A stretch of DNA of 64,000 nt, from contig OZ231126.1 of assembly GCA_965153355.1 (NCBI GenBank), positions 46,128,001 to 46,192,000 on the forward strand, given 5' to 3'. Below, piece after piece: positions 51,459 through 64,000 of the stretch. Below the pieces are notes generated by a model, which did no database searches, was not told the origin of the DNA, and saw only the letters and a program-made list of their open reading frames with translations. Numbering within the stretch: the first letter of the stretch is position 1; each line of letters starts with the position of its first letter. This DNA is from Flaccisagitta enflata (Eukaryota). The translations under genes and the position numbers were made by a program.

Positions 51459-52225
51459 CCCATACATGTCTGTACCCCCCCTCCGAGGCTCAGACCCTCA
51501 ATCTAGCTGGTTGACACCTGAAATCTTCTCTCTAAAGCTTAAAATTAGTTCTCTCAGGCCTAAAATCAGCCCTCCCTGACATGAAATCAGCCCTACCAAG
51601 CCTGAAAGCAGCCCTCTGGCCTAAAACGAGTCCTTCCCGGCTTAAAATCATGTAACAATCCACCCCTGTGTTCTACAGGACATTTGCTCTTTGGGGCCGC
51701 TGCCCTGCTCTCACTTCACCCCATCACCTTGACACTCCAGCAGGGTGATGACTTGTGTATCACTATCACTGCCCCTGCCGACCCACATCTAACTCAAGTA
51801 GCTATGTTTCTGGCTTTGTTTTCTCAAAGGCTGACAGCAACAGTACAGCGTTGCATGCATGGGCCTTTTTAGTCGCGGACACGTGACTCAACACCTTGCC
51901 GTGTTGGTCCGCTGTTACGTCGGTCACATTTTTGAATTGCGAGCGGTTTTTTGCATTTAGGCCAGTCTGCATGACTTAAACTTTCACTAGTTGTGTCCAG
52001 TTTAACTTTTTCAAATTACATATCAGCTCTAAACGAAATCGAATTAAGATAGTCCTAATGATTCCAAGAAGTATCTAGTTTGGGCCAATTTTGCCTGTTT
52101 TCAGCCAGTTTGTATGGTCTACACGACTGAAAACCTCAGAAATCCCAAGCATGTATCAAGTTTGGTACACTTGTACGATCATCTGTCGATCTTTTGTTTT
52201 TAAGACTTTTTAAGCGGTTTTTAAA

Positions 52226-52312
52226 TTAGGGTTAGGGGTGGGTTTAGGGTCAGGGTTAGGGTTGGGGATAGTTTTAGGGTTAGGGTCAAGGTTAGCTTTA
52301 GGGCTAGGGGTT
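52226..52312 (+). repeat. Degenerate interstitial TTAGGG-like tract
   Basis: ttagggttaggggtgggtttagggtcagggttagggttgggg...ttagggttaggg. Confidence 0.7.
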
Positions 52313-54555
52313 GGCTGGGTTTTATGTATTACGACCCGAAGCTACTCTAATCAAATTCGCTCTGGCGGAGGATTTGGAAAGAAAAACAAAATTGTGCAGA
52401 GAATCAATCAGCAGCTCCTCAAGTTTTACCGTTCTGTGACTATATTCCATATTTCAACCAAATATAAAAGTCGCCTAAGTCATTCTAAGATTTTCCGGTT
52501 TTGGTCCTATTCTGACCTGTTTTTGGCCAGTTAGGTCCGTGAAAATGGCTAGTTTTTTAAGAATTCCTCTATATGTATAAGATTTGACCTCAATGAGCCT
52601 TCAAACCAAGTAATAATCCAATTGGAAAAATATTGCCCCGGTCATTACTCTTTTTTTCCCTGTTTCGGCCAAATTTGACCAGTTTTGGCCAGTTTTAGGC
52701 CAGTTTTGCCAGTATTTTTGCACAGAGCCTGATGAATCGTTTTCGTATACTATCTAGAACATATATACATCGGCGAGCGTTTTGGGTCATATCTTTGCTA
52801 AAAATCAAAAAATCATATAAAAATCAGTGAGATTATGAAACTACATCGAATTTCTGATCTAGCGCCACCAACCACGTTCTAGTAGCTCGATTCGTTTAGA
52901 AATGATGGGCCAAACAAGAACGCCACTTCAAATGAAAATGACTGAAAAATTATATTTCATTTTTTGTCGCTTTTGGTACTTGGCCAAGTGTTATTTTTTT
53001 GTTAGTTTAAGGTTGTTGTCCGACTTTAAGGCTGCTACAGTGATGCCATAGGATCGCCTTGTCATTTCCATGGTCACCCCAAACTCGGTTATAGATCAGA
53101 AGGTTGGTAAGTAAGCAGTTAAGGAGAAGCTATCGCGCATCGTTTGATATGGATAAAAAAAAAATTCTGCTCTGAAGGTGTGAGGGAAGACTCTGTCAAC
53201 CTTTCTTAAGATATCTCTTCAAGAGCATATGAAGATAATTTAGGCCGTTATTGTTGTTCACAAGATACACATAAAGAATCTCAAAGATCAAATTATGGTT
53301 TTTCTAGTCATTTGATGAATAAACAGCCTGATAATGATCTTGCCGATATACTTTTGTTCTAGATAGTATTAGCTATTGCCCTCATGGGTCTCCCTACGGA
53401 ATTTCATCAATATCGGACAATAACTGTCGGATTTATCCCATTTTTTCCATTTTCGCGTTTGTCTTAAATTATCTTAAAATCCGATACCCGTTTGCGTAGC
53501 TTCTTTCAAGGAACCGAGGTCAATTCTCTCCATGATTTCTTTTTTGCAGTGCTGGAAAATTGTCAATATAGGCAAACACTGACCAGATACTGCACCGAAT
53601 GCTAAATGGAAGAACCACACATGGAATCATCTCTTGGGACAAAATGGGACAAATTGTCTTAAATTTTCTTAAAATAGGAGTGGCACGCCAACAGACAAGT
53701 AGCAATTCCCACGATGTTTTTTTTTTAAAAATGACTATGATCCTTTCTAGATCAAGCCCACCACTTTCGGTCAAAAAAAGAAAATATCCTTAATCGCACA
53801 TTTATGTCTCAAGGAAAAAAAAAAGAAAATACGCCAATATTTTATCAACGATAGTGGTTTTTAAGTAATTTACCCTGGAAATGTCAGTAAGATTTTTTTA
53901 TGTTAGAAAAAAGATATCGATGTAATTTTTTTTTTTATTCTTCAACAACAAACCTATAGGTATCGTTAGAAGTCGTCGCATGATGCAACATCTTGCTGAG
54001 GTAGTAGCTAAAATAAATAATATGTGGGTTACACATTTTTACACGTATTTTTTGCAGTATTTAAGAGCTATTTAGGGTCTAAATTGTGTCTAAATGGCAA
54101 CGTTAGCAACTGGAATCAGTGCAGTTACTCATATTTCATCTATAACAAAGATCTAAGTCACCCAAAATAGCTGTGATGTGAATATCACTACTTAGAACGA
54201 CGAAAAAAGCATGAAAACTGGCTAATACCCCTAAAAAAGAATTCAACCTCAAAGGAATTGATTAGTCTCAGTCTAGCTAAGACATAGTTTAGTTGGCCAA
54301 GTTGATCATTTTAGTGGAAATCTTCGGTTATCACGCGACATATAAAAAGTTTTAAAAACAACACAAATGGAAGGAAAAGATTGCTGCAAATGCCCAACAG
54401 AGGTCGCGGCAAATCACGGTGACCAAGGACCACGGCCGGATGTCGGCTGCGTCTCCGCGTTAGCGCCACACGCGTGCCGCGCCTGCGCGAGAATCAAAGG
54501 TCACATGACGACGAGGCCGCCTTCATGTTGTCCGCATCGACGGATCTTTCCGACC

Positions 54556-56829
54556 ATGTCTCCGCGAGTGCAACTTCCTTCGCCTCGAAAGCCTCCTCCT
54601 CCACCCTTGGAAAAGAAGACAAGACGGAAGAAATCTCCCGAAACAAAGAAAAAACGGAAGAAACGCGGAAATCGCGTTTTCTATCACAAGACAGATCATC
54701 AGCTCGCCAAAACCAAAATGTCCACCATCGATATCAAATTAAAGGGGAAAAAGACCCAAGGCTACGCGCCGAAATCACACACGTAATGTGACTCAGGACC
54801 GTGCGTGCGTGCGTGTTTGTGTGTGTGTGTGCGCGAGTTTGGTGTGTGTTTGTTTGTGTGTGGATGTTTGCGTGCGGGTTTGGCGTGTGTGTGTGTGAAT
54901 CTGCGTGTCTTTGTGTTTTCTATTTCATCAACGGAGCTTGTTAAAATCTGAATCCAGAAGGAACTATCCAAAATCCAAATCATTGTTTTTTTTTTCATCC
55001 TCTCTTTCAAACAGCAAACATGTGAAGGGGGAGCGTGAGGCACGGAAAAGCATGATGTCGCTCAGAACCAGCAATTCTTCGCTGGGACTCGAACGACGTT
55101 CCAGTCGCGGCAGCCAAAGTTCCCTTGGCAGTCATGGCAGCCGCAGCAGCCTCGGCAGCCGCAGCGGCCTCGGCAGTGGCGGCAGCCGCAGCAGTGTGGC
55201 AGGAAATGTCATCGGCGGTGGTGAAAGAAAAAGCCGATTGTCGAGACGCTCGAGTCGCGGCAGTCAAAGTAGCCGTGGCCGCGGCGGCCGCGGCAGCTTC
55301 AAGAGGAATAACGTCGGCGACGGTGCTGAAAGAGAGAGCAAAGCTGGCGCCCACAAAGGAAATGATGGAACGGAGAGAGCGCCACCGAAATTCAATGCGG
55401 AGAGGAGGAAGAGGAAGGGCGATTATGATGACGAAAATAACAGTGATGACGATGATAGCGATGATAGCTTCGATGACGATGATAGCGACGATGACGATGA
55501 TAGCTTCGATGACGATGATATTCCGAGACAGAGTGTGAGGAGGTATGAGAGAAGCGATAAACGGCAGAGCAGCGGCAGCCGAGGAAACAGACCAACCCGT
55601 GACCTTGACGGCGTCAATAAAGATGAGGATGATGCTATTAAAAGGGGCGATAAAAAGAAAATTGGTGGAACTTCATCCGGAATAAAAGGTCGACAACTCG
55701 ATGATCATGATGAAGACGATGACGAGGAAGATGATTCTGAATCTGAGGACCATTCCAACGAGGATGATGATGATGATGATGATTCCGACGATGACCACCC
55801 ATTCCAACCGAGCGGAAGGCAAAGTATCAAAAGAAAAGGAAGTGAAAAACGGTTTTCTGGTGGCCGTAACGATCGATATGACTCCCGGCAGAGTAGGGGC
55901 TTGAGCGTAGTTCATGATGACGATAGTGACGAATCGTTTTACAAGAAGGGGGGAGACGCCGTTAGAGGTGGAAGTGTCAGACAAAGCTTGGTGGTGGGTC
56001 GTGGTTCAACGCGAGAAAGAGATAAAACAAAAGATTTTGATGTTGGTATTACGGAAGATGTCGCCTCGAAAATATCTAGGACGCGCCAGAGGGAGAAGAA
56101 ACAAGTGAACAATCGATTTGAAGGAGATGGTGATGATTTCATATTTGATTTTGAGGAGCGAAACGGAGTTGAAAGGACATCGAAACCGATGATATTTGGC
56201 GATGAGGGTGTAGTTGAAGGCGGTTTCGAGGAAGAGGAGCGGGAGAACGAAGAAGTTGGGGAAAGATTGAAAATGGAAACGACGCGTGGAAGTCAACTGA
56301 GAAGACGAGAGAGTCCCGGGAGAGACGAAGGCGGAAGAAAGGCTTTAGGGGACCAGGAATCTCTTTGTACCTTTGAGAAATGCGGAGGGAATCAACGAGA
56401 TAAAAAGTCGAAACCAAAATCAGAAGTAGCTGGAAAACCGCCACGGGAACAACGGGAAATCAATGCAGCAGAAATTGTGCCGTCGTTGCGAAAGAAGCAT
56501 CTTCGAGGGATTATAGAGGAAGTCAAGCAGAATAAGAGGCTTGTTGAATCGGATCCAAATAATGCCATCAGGCGTGGAGGCGAAAATGCGGATTTGAGCG
56601 ATCAATCCAAGTTGGACTCAAATCTAGAGACGCTGAAAAGACTTGAGCGAGATGGATTTACTCTCTCCACGACTTCTCGTCGGGCTCTTGGTTTGGAGTC
56701 ACGTCAACACCCAGGTGAAGGCAGAAGAGCTTGGTCGGGTATCACTTCGTTAACCACGACCAACAGTCAATTTAACCAGATAAAGCATGTTCACCCCATA
56801 AAACAATTAAAGTACGAAATTTTCAACGG
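54556..56829 (+). CDS. Spliced gene for a highly charged, intrinsically disordered protein (exon to 54782, then exon from 55015); start codon and 3' end uncertain
   Basis: Donor cac|GTAATG at 54783 is phase 2 in the 54367 frame and joins acceptor ctctttcaaacAG|c at 55015 in frame with the 681-aa ORF (…YAPKSHT|KHVKGERE…). In-frame ATGs lie at 54367, 54505 and 54556 (accATG), with TATAAAAA at 54341. The exon probably ends at a donor (56715 GTGAAG or 56830 GTATTT), because the ORF tail runs into a MITE. No recognisable domain. Confidence 0.65.
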
Positions 56830-56879
56830 GTATTTTTTGTTGATACTATTCTTCTTTCCTCCTTCATCACTCATCAGTA

Positions 56880-57475
56880 ACTATGGCAAAAAAAAAAAGC
56901 GAACAACTTGTTTGTCAAGGTTTCACATCCAAGCAATGACAAAAACATAGCAAAATCCATGACCATTTTGAAGATCTTTGAAAGATCTTTCAAGTGAGAC
57001 CTTGCTGGATGTTCTATCTCTATCCGTTTAGAAATGGCATTAGAATGAAGACAGGTGGTCAAGAATTTGGAAATTCGCTACACCATTTTCATGGGTTATC
57101 TTTATTCTAACATAAAAATTAAACGCATTGAGTTATCAATTCGTTCTTGGCGCCATTTTAAAGAAAATTTGAAGCTCTTTAATTTGCTCATGGATAACAA
57201 GTAGCTACAACAATCCTGAGCTGCATAATTGACAAAAAGAGAAAGACTAAAATTCATCATTGGCAAAGAATTGAAATAAGCACTTTTTTCAATCAGCAAT
57301 TTTTTTCTTCAAACCATTGCCATTTCTAAACGAATAAAGCTACAATAACCAGCGACGTCGCATTTGGAAGATTTTTTGCAGAGCTTAAAAACGGTCATGG
57401 ATTTTCTATGGTTCAGGCCCATATTTAAGCAGAAACTAGCAAAACAAAGTGTTCGCTTTTTTTCTTTGCCATAGT
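56880..57475. mobile_element. MITE (596 bp) with ~170-bp imperfect TIRs and TA TSD
   Basis: TA|ACTATGGCAAAAAAAAAAAGCGAACA...TGTTCGCTTTTTTTCTTTGCCATAGT|TA. Inverted similarity continues through aaaatccatgacc and cgtttagaaatggca. Confidence 0.8.
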
Positions 57476-57599
57476 TAATTACAAATTTTCTTTCCCCATA
57501 AACATCTGGTGTGAGGCTGTCATTCATCAACAAATTGGGATCTAAGGTGAACTAGGATGATTATTAAGGGACCACTCTTGAGACGAGACAATGATGCTA

Positions 57600-60500
57600 G
57601 CCTTTTCAGGCCTTCAGAAATTGCTAGGTGGACTATGTTTCAAGTCCCTCCTAGCAGGGATTGGATTTAGTTTTCAATTAGCAATAACCACGCCTCAGTT
57701 GTTACTTCACTGGCTATGGTATCGCCACTGCGCAAAGCTATTTATTACTGTTTTTTCATCGCTATGGGCCAAGCCATTGAAATTCATCATAAGATTGAGC
57801 CCTGAGCAGATATGAACTTTGTTTACCTCAATAGACAGTATTATGTAGGCATAACAATTCAAACTTGGATGTTCTGCCTATTTCCTCCTAAATCAGCAAT
57901 GATTATCTTTTTGAATTTTTGTTGTATTACAAAAATCAAAGAATTACAGTGCTGACTGCAGTATGCAAATGAGGCTTTAATTGTCAACAAAAGGGAAGGA
58001 AAAATTGTAGGAAATTCTAGATGATCTTATCAGTAACATCTATCTGACATTATACACCAGCCTTTTCAGGCCTTCAGAAATTGCTAAGTGGACTATGTTT
58101 CAAGTCCTTCCTAGCGGGGATTGGATTTAGTTTTCAATTAGCAATAACCACGCCTCAGTTGTTACTTCACTGGCCATGGTATCGCCACTGCGCAAAGCTA
58201 CTTATTATTGTTATTTCATCGGTATGGGCCAAGCCATTGAAATTCATCATAAGATTGAGCCGTGAGCAGATATGAACTCAGTTTACCTCAATAGACAGTA
58301 TAATGTAGGCATAATATTTCAAACTTGGATGTTCTGCCTACTTCCCCCTAAATCAGCAATGATTATCTTTTTGAATTTTTGTTGTATTAAAAAAATCAAA
58401 GAATTACAGTGCTGACTGCAGTATGCAAATGAGGCTGGAAATTGTCAACAAAAGGGAAGGAAAAATTGTAGGAAATTCTAGATGACCTTATCAGTAACTT
58501 CTATCTGACATTATACAGCCAGCCTTTTCAGGCCTTCAGAAATTGCTAGGTGGACTATGTTTCAAGTCCTTCCTAGCGGGGATTGGATTTAGTTTTCAAT
58601 TAGCAATAACCACGCCTCAGTTGTTACTTCACTGGCTATGGTATCGCCACTGCGCAAAGTTACTTATTACTGTTTTTTGATCGGTATGGGCCAAGCCATT
58701 GAAATTCATCATAAGATTGAGCCCTGAGCAGATATGAACTTTGTTTACCTCAATAGACAGTATTATGTAGGCATAACATTTCAAACTTGGATGTTCTGCC
58801 TATTTCCTCCTAAATCAGCAATGATTATCTTTTTGAATTTTTTTGTATTACAAAAATCAAAGAATTACAGTGCTGACTGCAGTATGCAAATGAGGCTGGA
58901 AATTGTCAACAAAAGGGAAGGAAAAATTATGGGAAATTCTAGATGACCTTATCAGTAACTTCTATCTGACATTATACAGCCAGCCTTTTCAGGCCTTCAG
59001 AAATTGCTAGGTGGACTATGTTTCAAGTCCTTCCTAGCGGGGATTGGATTTAGTTTTCAATTAGCAATAACCACGCCTCAGTTGTTACTTCACTGGCTAT
59101 GGTATCGCCACTGCGCAAAGCTACTTATTACTGTTTTTTCATCGGTATGGGCCAAGCCATTGAAATTCATCATAAGATTGAGCCCTGAGCAGATATGAAC
59201 TTTGTTTACCTCAATAGACAGTATTATGTAGGCATAACATTTCAAACTTGGATGTTCTGCCTATTTCCTCCTAAATCAGCAATGATTATCTTTTTGAATT
59301 TTTTTTTTGTATTAAAAAAATCAAAGAATTACAGTGCTGACTGCAGTATGCAAATGAGGCTGGAAACTGTCAACAAAAGGGAAGGAAAAATTGTGGGAAA
59401 TTCTAGATGACCTTATCAGTAATTTCTATCTGACATTATAGAGCCAGCCTTTTCAGGCCTTCAGAAATTGCTAGGTGGACTATATTTCAAGTCCTTCCTA
59501 GCGGGGATTGGATTTAGTTTTCAATTAGCAATAACCACGCCTCAGTTGTTACTTAACTGGCTATGGTATCGCCACTGCGCAAAGCTACTTATTACTGTTT
59601 TTTCATCGGTATGGGCCAAGCCATTGAAATTCATCATAAGATTGAGCCCTGAGCAGATATGAACTTTGTTTACCTCAATAGACAGTATTATGTAGGCATA
59701 ACATTTCAAACTTGGGTGTTCTGCCTACTTCCCCCTAAATCAGCAATGATTATCTTTTTGAATTTTTGTTGTATTAAAAAAATCAAAGAATTACAGTGCT
59801 GACTGCAGTATGCAAATGAGGCTGGAAATTGTCAACAAAAGGGAAGGAAAAATTGTGGGAAATTCTAGACGACCTTATCAGTAACTTCTATCTGACATTA
59901 TACAGCCAGCCTTTTCAGGCCTTCAGAAATTGCTAGGTGGACTATGTTTCATGTCCTTCCTAGCGGGGATTGGATTTAGTTTTCAATTAGCAATAACCAC
60001 GCCTCAGTTGTTACTTCACTGGCTATGGTATCGCCACTGCGCAAAGTTACTTATTACTGTTTTTTGATCGATATGGGCCAAGCCATTGAAATTCATCATA
60101 AGATTGAGCCCTGAGCAGATATGAACTTTGTTTACCTCCATAGACAATATTATGTATGCATAACATTTCAAACTTGGATGTTCTGCCTATTTCCTCCTAA
60201 ATCAGCAATGATTATCTTTTTGAATTTTTGTTGTATTAAAAAAATCAAAGAATTACAGTGCTGACTGCAGTATGCAAATGAGCAGGCCTTGATTTAGAGC
60301 GGGCCCGCGGGCCCGAGGCCCACATTTTGGCTTCCGGGCCCGCTATTTTGGCTGACTGCGGGCCCGGTTGGCCCGCTCTCATTTAGCTGTATACTATGCA
60401 CTCAACTTTTTTCTTCCAAATTGCTGTGATCTGAAAGTAGAATCGTATAACAGAATGATACTTTAACAATCATCCTATCATTTTCCCCTTTTGCTACATT

Positions 60501-63500
60501 CAAGGAGCAAAGAAAAAACGCTGATGTTGTTTGGCAATCCTGTAAAAAACTTAAAACAATTGGGAAAAAGAGCTACATAGATTTTACCGGGCCCGCTGTT
60601 CCTGTGTCGGGCACGCTAAAATTTGGAGGAGCGGGCCCGGTTGGCCCACTCAAAGAAATTACTAAGGAAAGGCCTGCAAATGAGGCTGGAAATTGTCAAC
60701 AAAAGGGAAGGAAAAATTGTGGGAAATTCTAGACGACCTTATCAGTAACTTCTATCTGACATTATACAGCCAGCCTTTTCAGGCCTTCAGAAATTGCTAG
60801 GTGGACTATGTTTCATGTCCTTCCTAGCGGGGATTGGATTTAGTTTTCAATTAGCAATAACCACGCCTCAGTTGTTACTTCACTGGCTATGGTATCGCCA
60901 CCGCGCAAAGCTACTTATTACTGTTTTTTCATCGGTATGGGCCAAGCCATTGAAATTCATCATAAGATTGAGCCCTGAGCAGATATGAACTTTGTTTACC
61001 TCAATAGACAGTATTATGTAGGCATAACATTTCAAACTTGGATGTTCTGCCTATTTCCTCCTAAATCAGCAATGATTATCTTTTTGAATTTTTTTGGATT
61101 ACAAAAATCAAAGAATTACAGTGCTGACTGCAGTATGCAAATGAGGCTGGAAATTGTCAACAAAAGGGAGGGAAAAATTGTAGGAAATTCTAGATGACCT
61201 TATCAGTAATTTCTATCTGACATTATAGAGCCAGCCTTTTCAGGCCTTCAGAAATTGCTAGGTGGACTATGTTTCAAGTCCTTCCTAGCGGGGATTGGAG
61301 TTAGTTTTCAATTAGCAATAACCACGCCTCAGTTGTTACTTCACTGGCTATGGTATCGCCACTGCGCAAAGCTACTTATTACTGTTTTTTCATCGGTATG
61401 GGCCAAGCCATTGAAATTCATCATAAGATTGAGCCCTGAGCAGATATGAACTTTGTTTACCTCAATAGACAGTATTATGTAGGCATAACATTTCAAACTT
61501 GGATGTTCTGCCTATTTCCTCCTAAATCAGCAATGATTATCTTTTTGAATTTTTTTGTATTACAAAAATCAAAGAATTACAGTGCTGACTGCAGTATGCA
61601 AATGAGGCTGGAAATTGTCAACAAAAGGGAATGAAAAATTGTAGGAAATTTTAGATGACCTTATCAGTAACTTCTATCTGACATTATACAGCCAGCCTTT
61701 TCAGGCCTTCAGAAATTGCTAGGTGGACTATGTTTCAAGTCCTTCCTAGCGGGGATTGGATTTAGTTTTCAATTAGCAATAACCACGCCTCAGTTGTTAC
61801 TTCACTGGCTATGGTATCGCCACTGCGCAAAGCTACTTATTACTGTTATTTCATCGGTATGGGCCAAGCCATTGAAATTCATCATAAGATTGAGCCGTGA
61901 GCAGATATGAACTCAGTTTACCTCAATAGACAGTATAATGTAGCCATAATATTTCAAACTTGGATGTTCTGCCTACTTCCCCCTAAATCAGCAATGATTA
62001 TCTTTTTGAATTTTTGTTGTATTAAAAAAATCAAAGAATTACAGTGCTGACTGCAGTATGCAAATGAGGCTGGAAATTGTCAACAAAAGGGAAGGAAAAA
62101 TTGTAGGAAATTCTAGATGATCTTATCAGTAATTTCTACCTGACATTATACAGCCAGCCTTTTCAGGCCTTCAGAAATTGCTAGGTGGACTATATTTCAA
62201 ATCCTTCCTAGCGGGGATTGGATTAAGTTTTCAATTAGCAATAACCACGCCTCAGTTGTTACTTCACTGGCTATGGTATCGCCACTGCGCAAAGCTACTT
62301 ATTATTGTTTTTTGATCGGTATGGGCCAAGCCATTGAAATTCATCATAAGATTGAGCCCTGAGCAGATGTGAACTTTGTTTACCTCAATAGACAGTATTA
62401 TGTAGGCATAACATTTCAAACTTGGATGTTCTGCCTATTTCCTCCTAAATCAGCAATGATTATCTTTTTGAATTTTTGTTGTATTACAAAAATCAAAGAA
62501 TTACAGTGCTGACTGCAGTATGCAAATGAGGCTGGAAATTGTCAATAAAAGGGAAGGAAAAATTGCTGGAAACTCTAGGTGACCTTATCAGTAACATCTA
62601 TCTGACATTATACAGCCAGCCTTTTCAGGCCTTCAGAAATTGCTAGGTGGACTATGTTTCAAGTCCTTCCTAGCGGGGATTGGATTTAGTTTTCAATTAG
62701 CAATAACCACGCCTCAGTTGTTACTTCACTGGCTATGGTATCGCCACTGCGCAAAGCTAATTATTACTGTTTTTTCATCGCTATGGCCCAAGCCATTGGA
62801 ATTCATCATAGGATTGAGCCCTAAGCAGATATGAACTTTGTTTACCTCAATAGACAGTATTATGTAGGCATAACATTTCAAACTTGGATGTTCTGCCTAT
62901 TTCCTCCTAAATCAGCAATGATTATCTTTTTGAATTTTTCTTGTATTACAAAAATCAAAGAATTACAGTGCTGACTGCAGTATGCAAATGAGGCTGGAAA
63001 TTGTCAACAAAAGGGAAGGAAAAATTGTAGGAAATTCTAGATGACCTTATCAGTAACTTCTATCTGACATTATACAGCCAGCCTTTTCAGGCCTTCAGAA
63101 ATTGCTAGGTGGACTATATTTCAAGTCCTTCCTAGCGGGGATTGGATTTAGTTTTCAATTAGCAATAACCACGCCTCAGTTGTCACTTCACTGGCTATGG
63201 TATCACCACTGCGCAAAGTTACTTATTACTGTTTTTTGATTGGTATGGGCCAAGCCATTGAAATTCATCATAAGATTGAGCCCTGAGCAGATGTGAACTT
63301 TGTTTACCTCAATAGACAGTATTATGTAGGCATAACATTTCAAACATGGATGTTCTGCCTATTTCCTCCTAAATCAGCAATGATTATCTTTTTGAATTTT
63401 TCTTGTATTACAAAAATCAAAGAATTACAGTGCTGACTGCAGTATGCAAATGAGGCTGGAAATTGTCAACAAAAGGGAAGGAAAAATTGTAGGAAATTCC

Positions 63501-63796
63501 AGATGACCTTATCAGTAACTTCTATCTGACATTATAGAGCCAGCCTTTTCAGGCCTTCAGAAATTGCTAGGTGGACTATATTTCAAATCTTTCCTAGCGG
63601 GGATTGGATTTAGTTTTCAATTAGCAATAACCACGCCTCAGTTGTCACTTCACTGGCTATGGTATTGTCACTGCGCAAAGTTACTTATTACTGTTTTTTG
63701 ATCGGTATGGGCCAAGCCATTGAAATTCATCATAAGATTGAGCCCTGAGCAGATGTGAACTTTGTTTACCTCAATAGACAGTATTATGTAGGCATA
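57600..63796. repeat. Tandem satellite with a ~460-464-bp monomer, 12 full copies and 1 partial
   Basis: The marker ttgcta[g/a]gtggacta recurs at 57621, 58081, 58543, 59004, 59468, 59930, 60794, 61255, 61716, 62178, 62640, 63102 and 63564. The copies are highly similar. Confidence 0.97.
60283..60676 (+). mobile_element. Young hAT MITE (394 bp), copy 2, inserted in satellite monomer 6
   Basis: Same sequence as 38266-38659, with a perfect 8-bp TSD CAAATGAG (60275-60282, 60677-60684). All other monomers show the empty site, and the spacing 864 = 462 + 394 + 8. Confidence 0.96.
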
Positions 63797-64000
63797 GGCA
63801 CAATTCGCGGTTTCCCAGGCGGAGCATGAGTTAAATAAGCCATTTTTGAAATCAATTAAATTCAACATATCTATACATCATTGTGAAGGTTATACTTTAC
63901 TGTATATGAATTCACAGTTGAAATTCGTTAGCAGGGTCAAATCTGTATGCAAATTAGGTTATAATAACAAAATCTAAAATTTTCCTTTTTTTCAAAATTT

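Noticed and set aside
50990..53795. Possible further DNA transposons (TTAA-bounded segments, gccagttt repeats), and a similar relic at about 28960-32400
   Set aside because: They look repeat-derived, but I could not define matching termini or TSDs by eye.
56830..56950. C-terminal tail of the 681-aa ORF
   Set aside because: The composition turns intron-like and the last ~70 nt are the left TIR of a MITE.
57591..63868. Repeated 64-71-aa ORFs as a tandem gene or exon array
   Set aside because: The 64-aa ORFs mostly start at non-ATG codons, and both ORF types are broken by stops or T-run indels in several monomers. No domain similarity is evident.

Overview
This is animal (non-vertebrate-looking) nuclear DNA, AT-rich and dense in microsatellites and non-autonomous transposons. 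I see no prokaryotic features such as CRISPR arrays, operons or rRNA. Four + strand genes can be supported. (1) The last two coding exons (640-1052, 1475-1639) of an uncharacterised protein with a 2OG-Fe(II) dioxygenase-like H...RxFxR tail. (2) An intronless 855-aa ORF (15307-17874) with an N-terminal SERTA/IER-like helical module and a long disordered tail, bracketed by two pairs of perfect CRE palindromes. (3) A complete 7-exon CYHR1/ZFTRAF1 orthologue (42934-49446, 398 aa). (4) A spliced gene for a charged, disordered protein (about 54556-56830). The rest is a layered transposon landscape: many Helentron/DINE-1-like HINEs, including a composite foldback unit present twice; TA-duplicating MITEs, several with unusual AC...GT termini; a 5-kb TIR element with a 4-bp TSD that carries a tRNA-like Pol III unit; and two apparently identical 394-bp hAT MITEs with perfect 8-bp TSDs, one of them inside a 13-copy ~462-bp satellite array. 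All protein family calls come from motif recognition by eye, not database searches.
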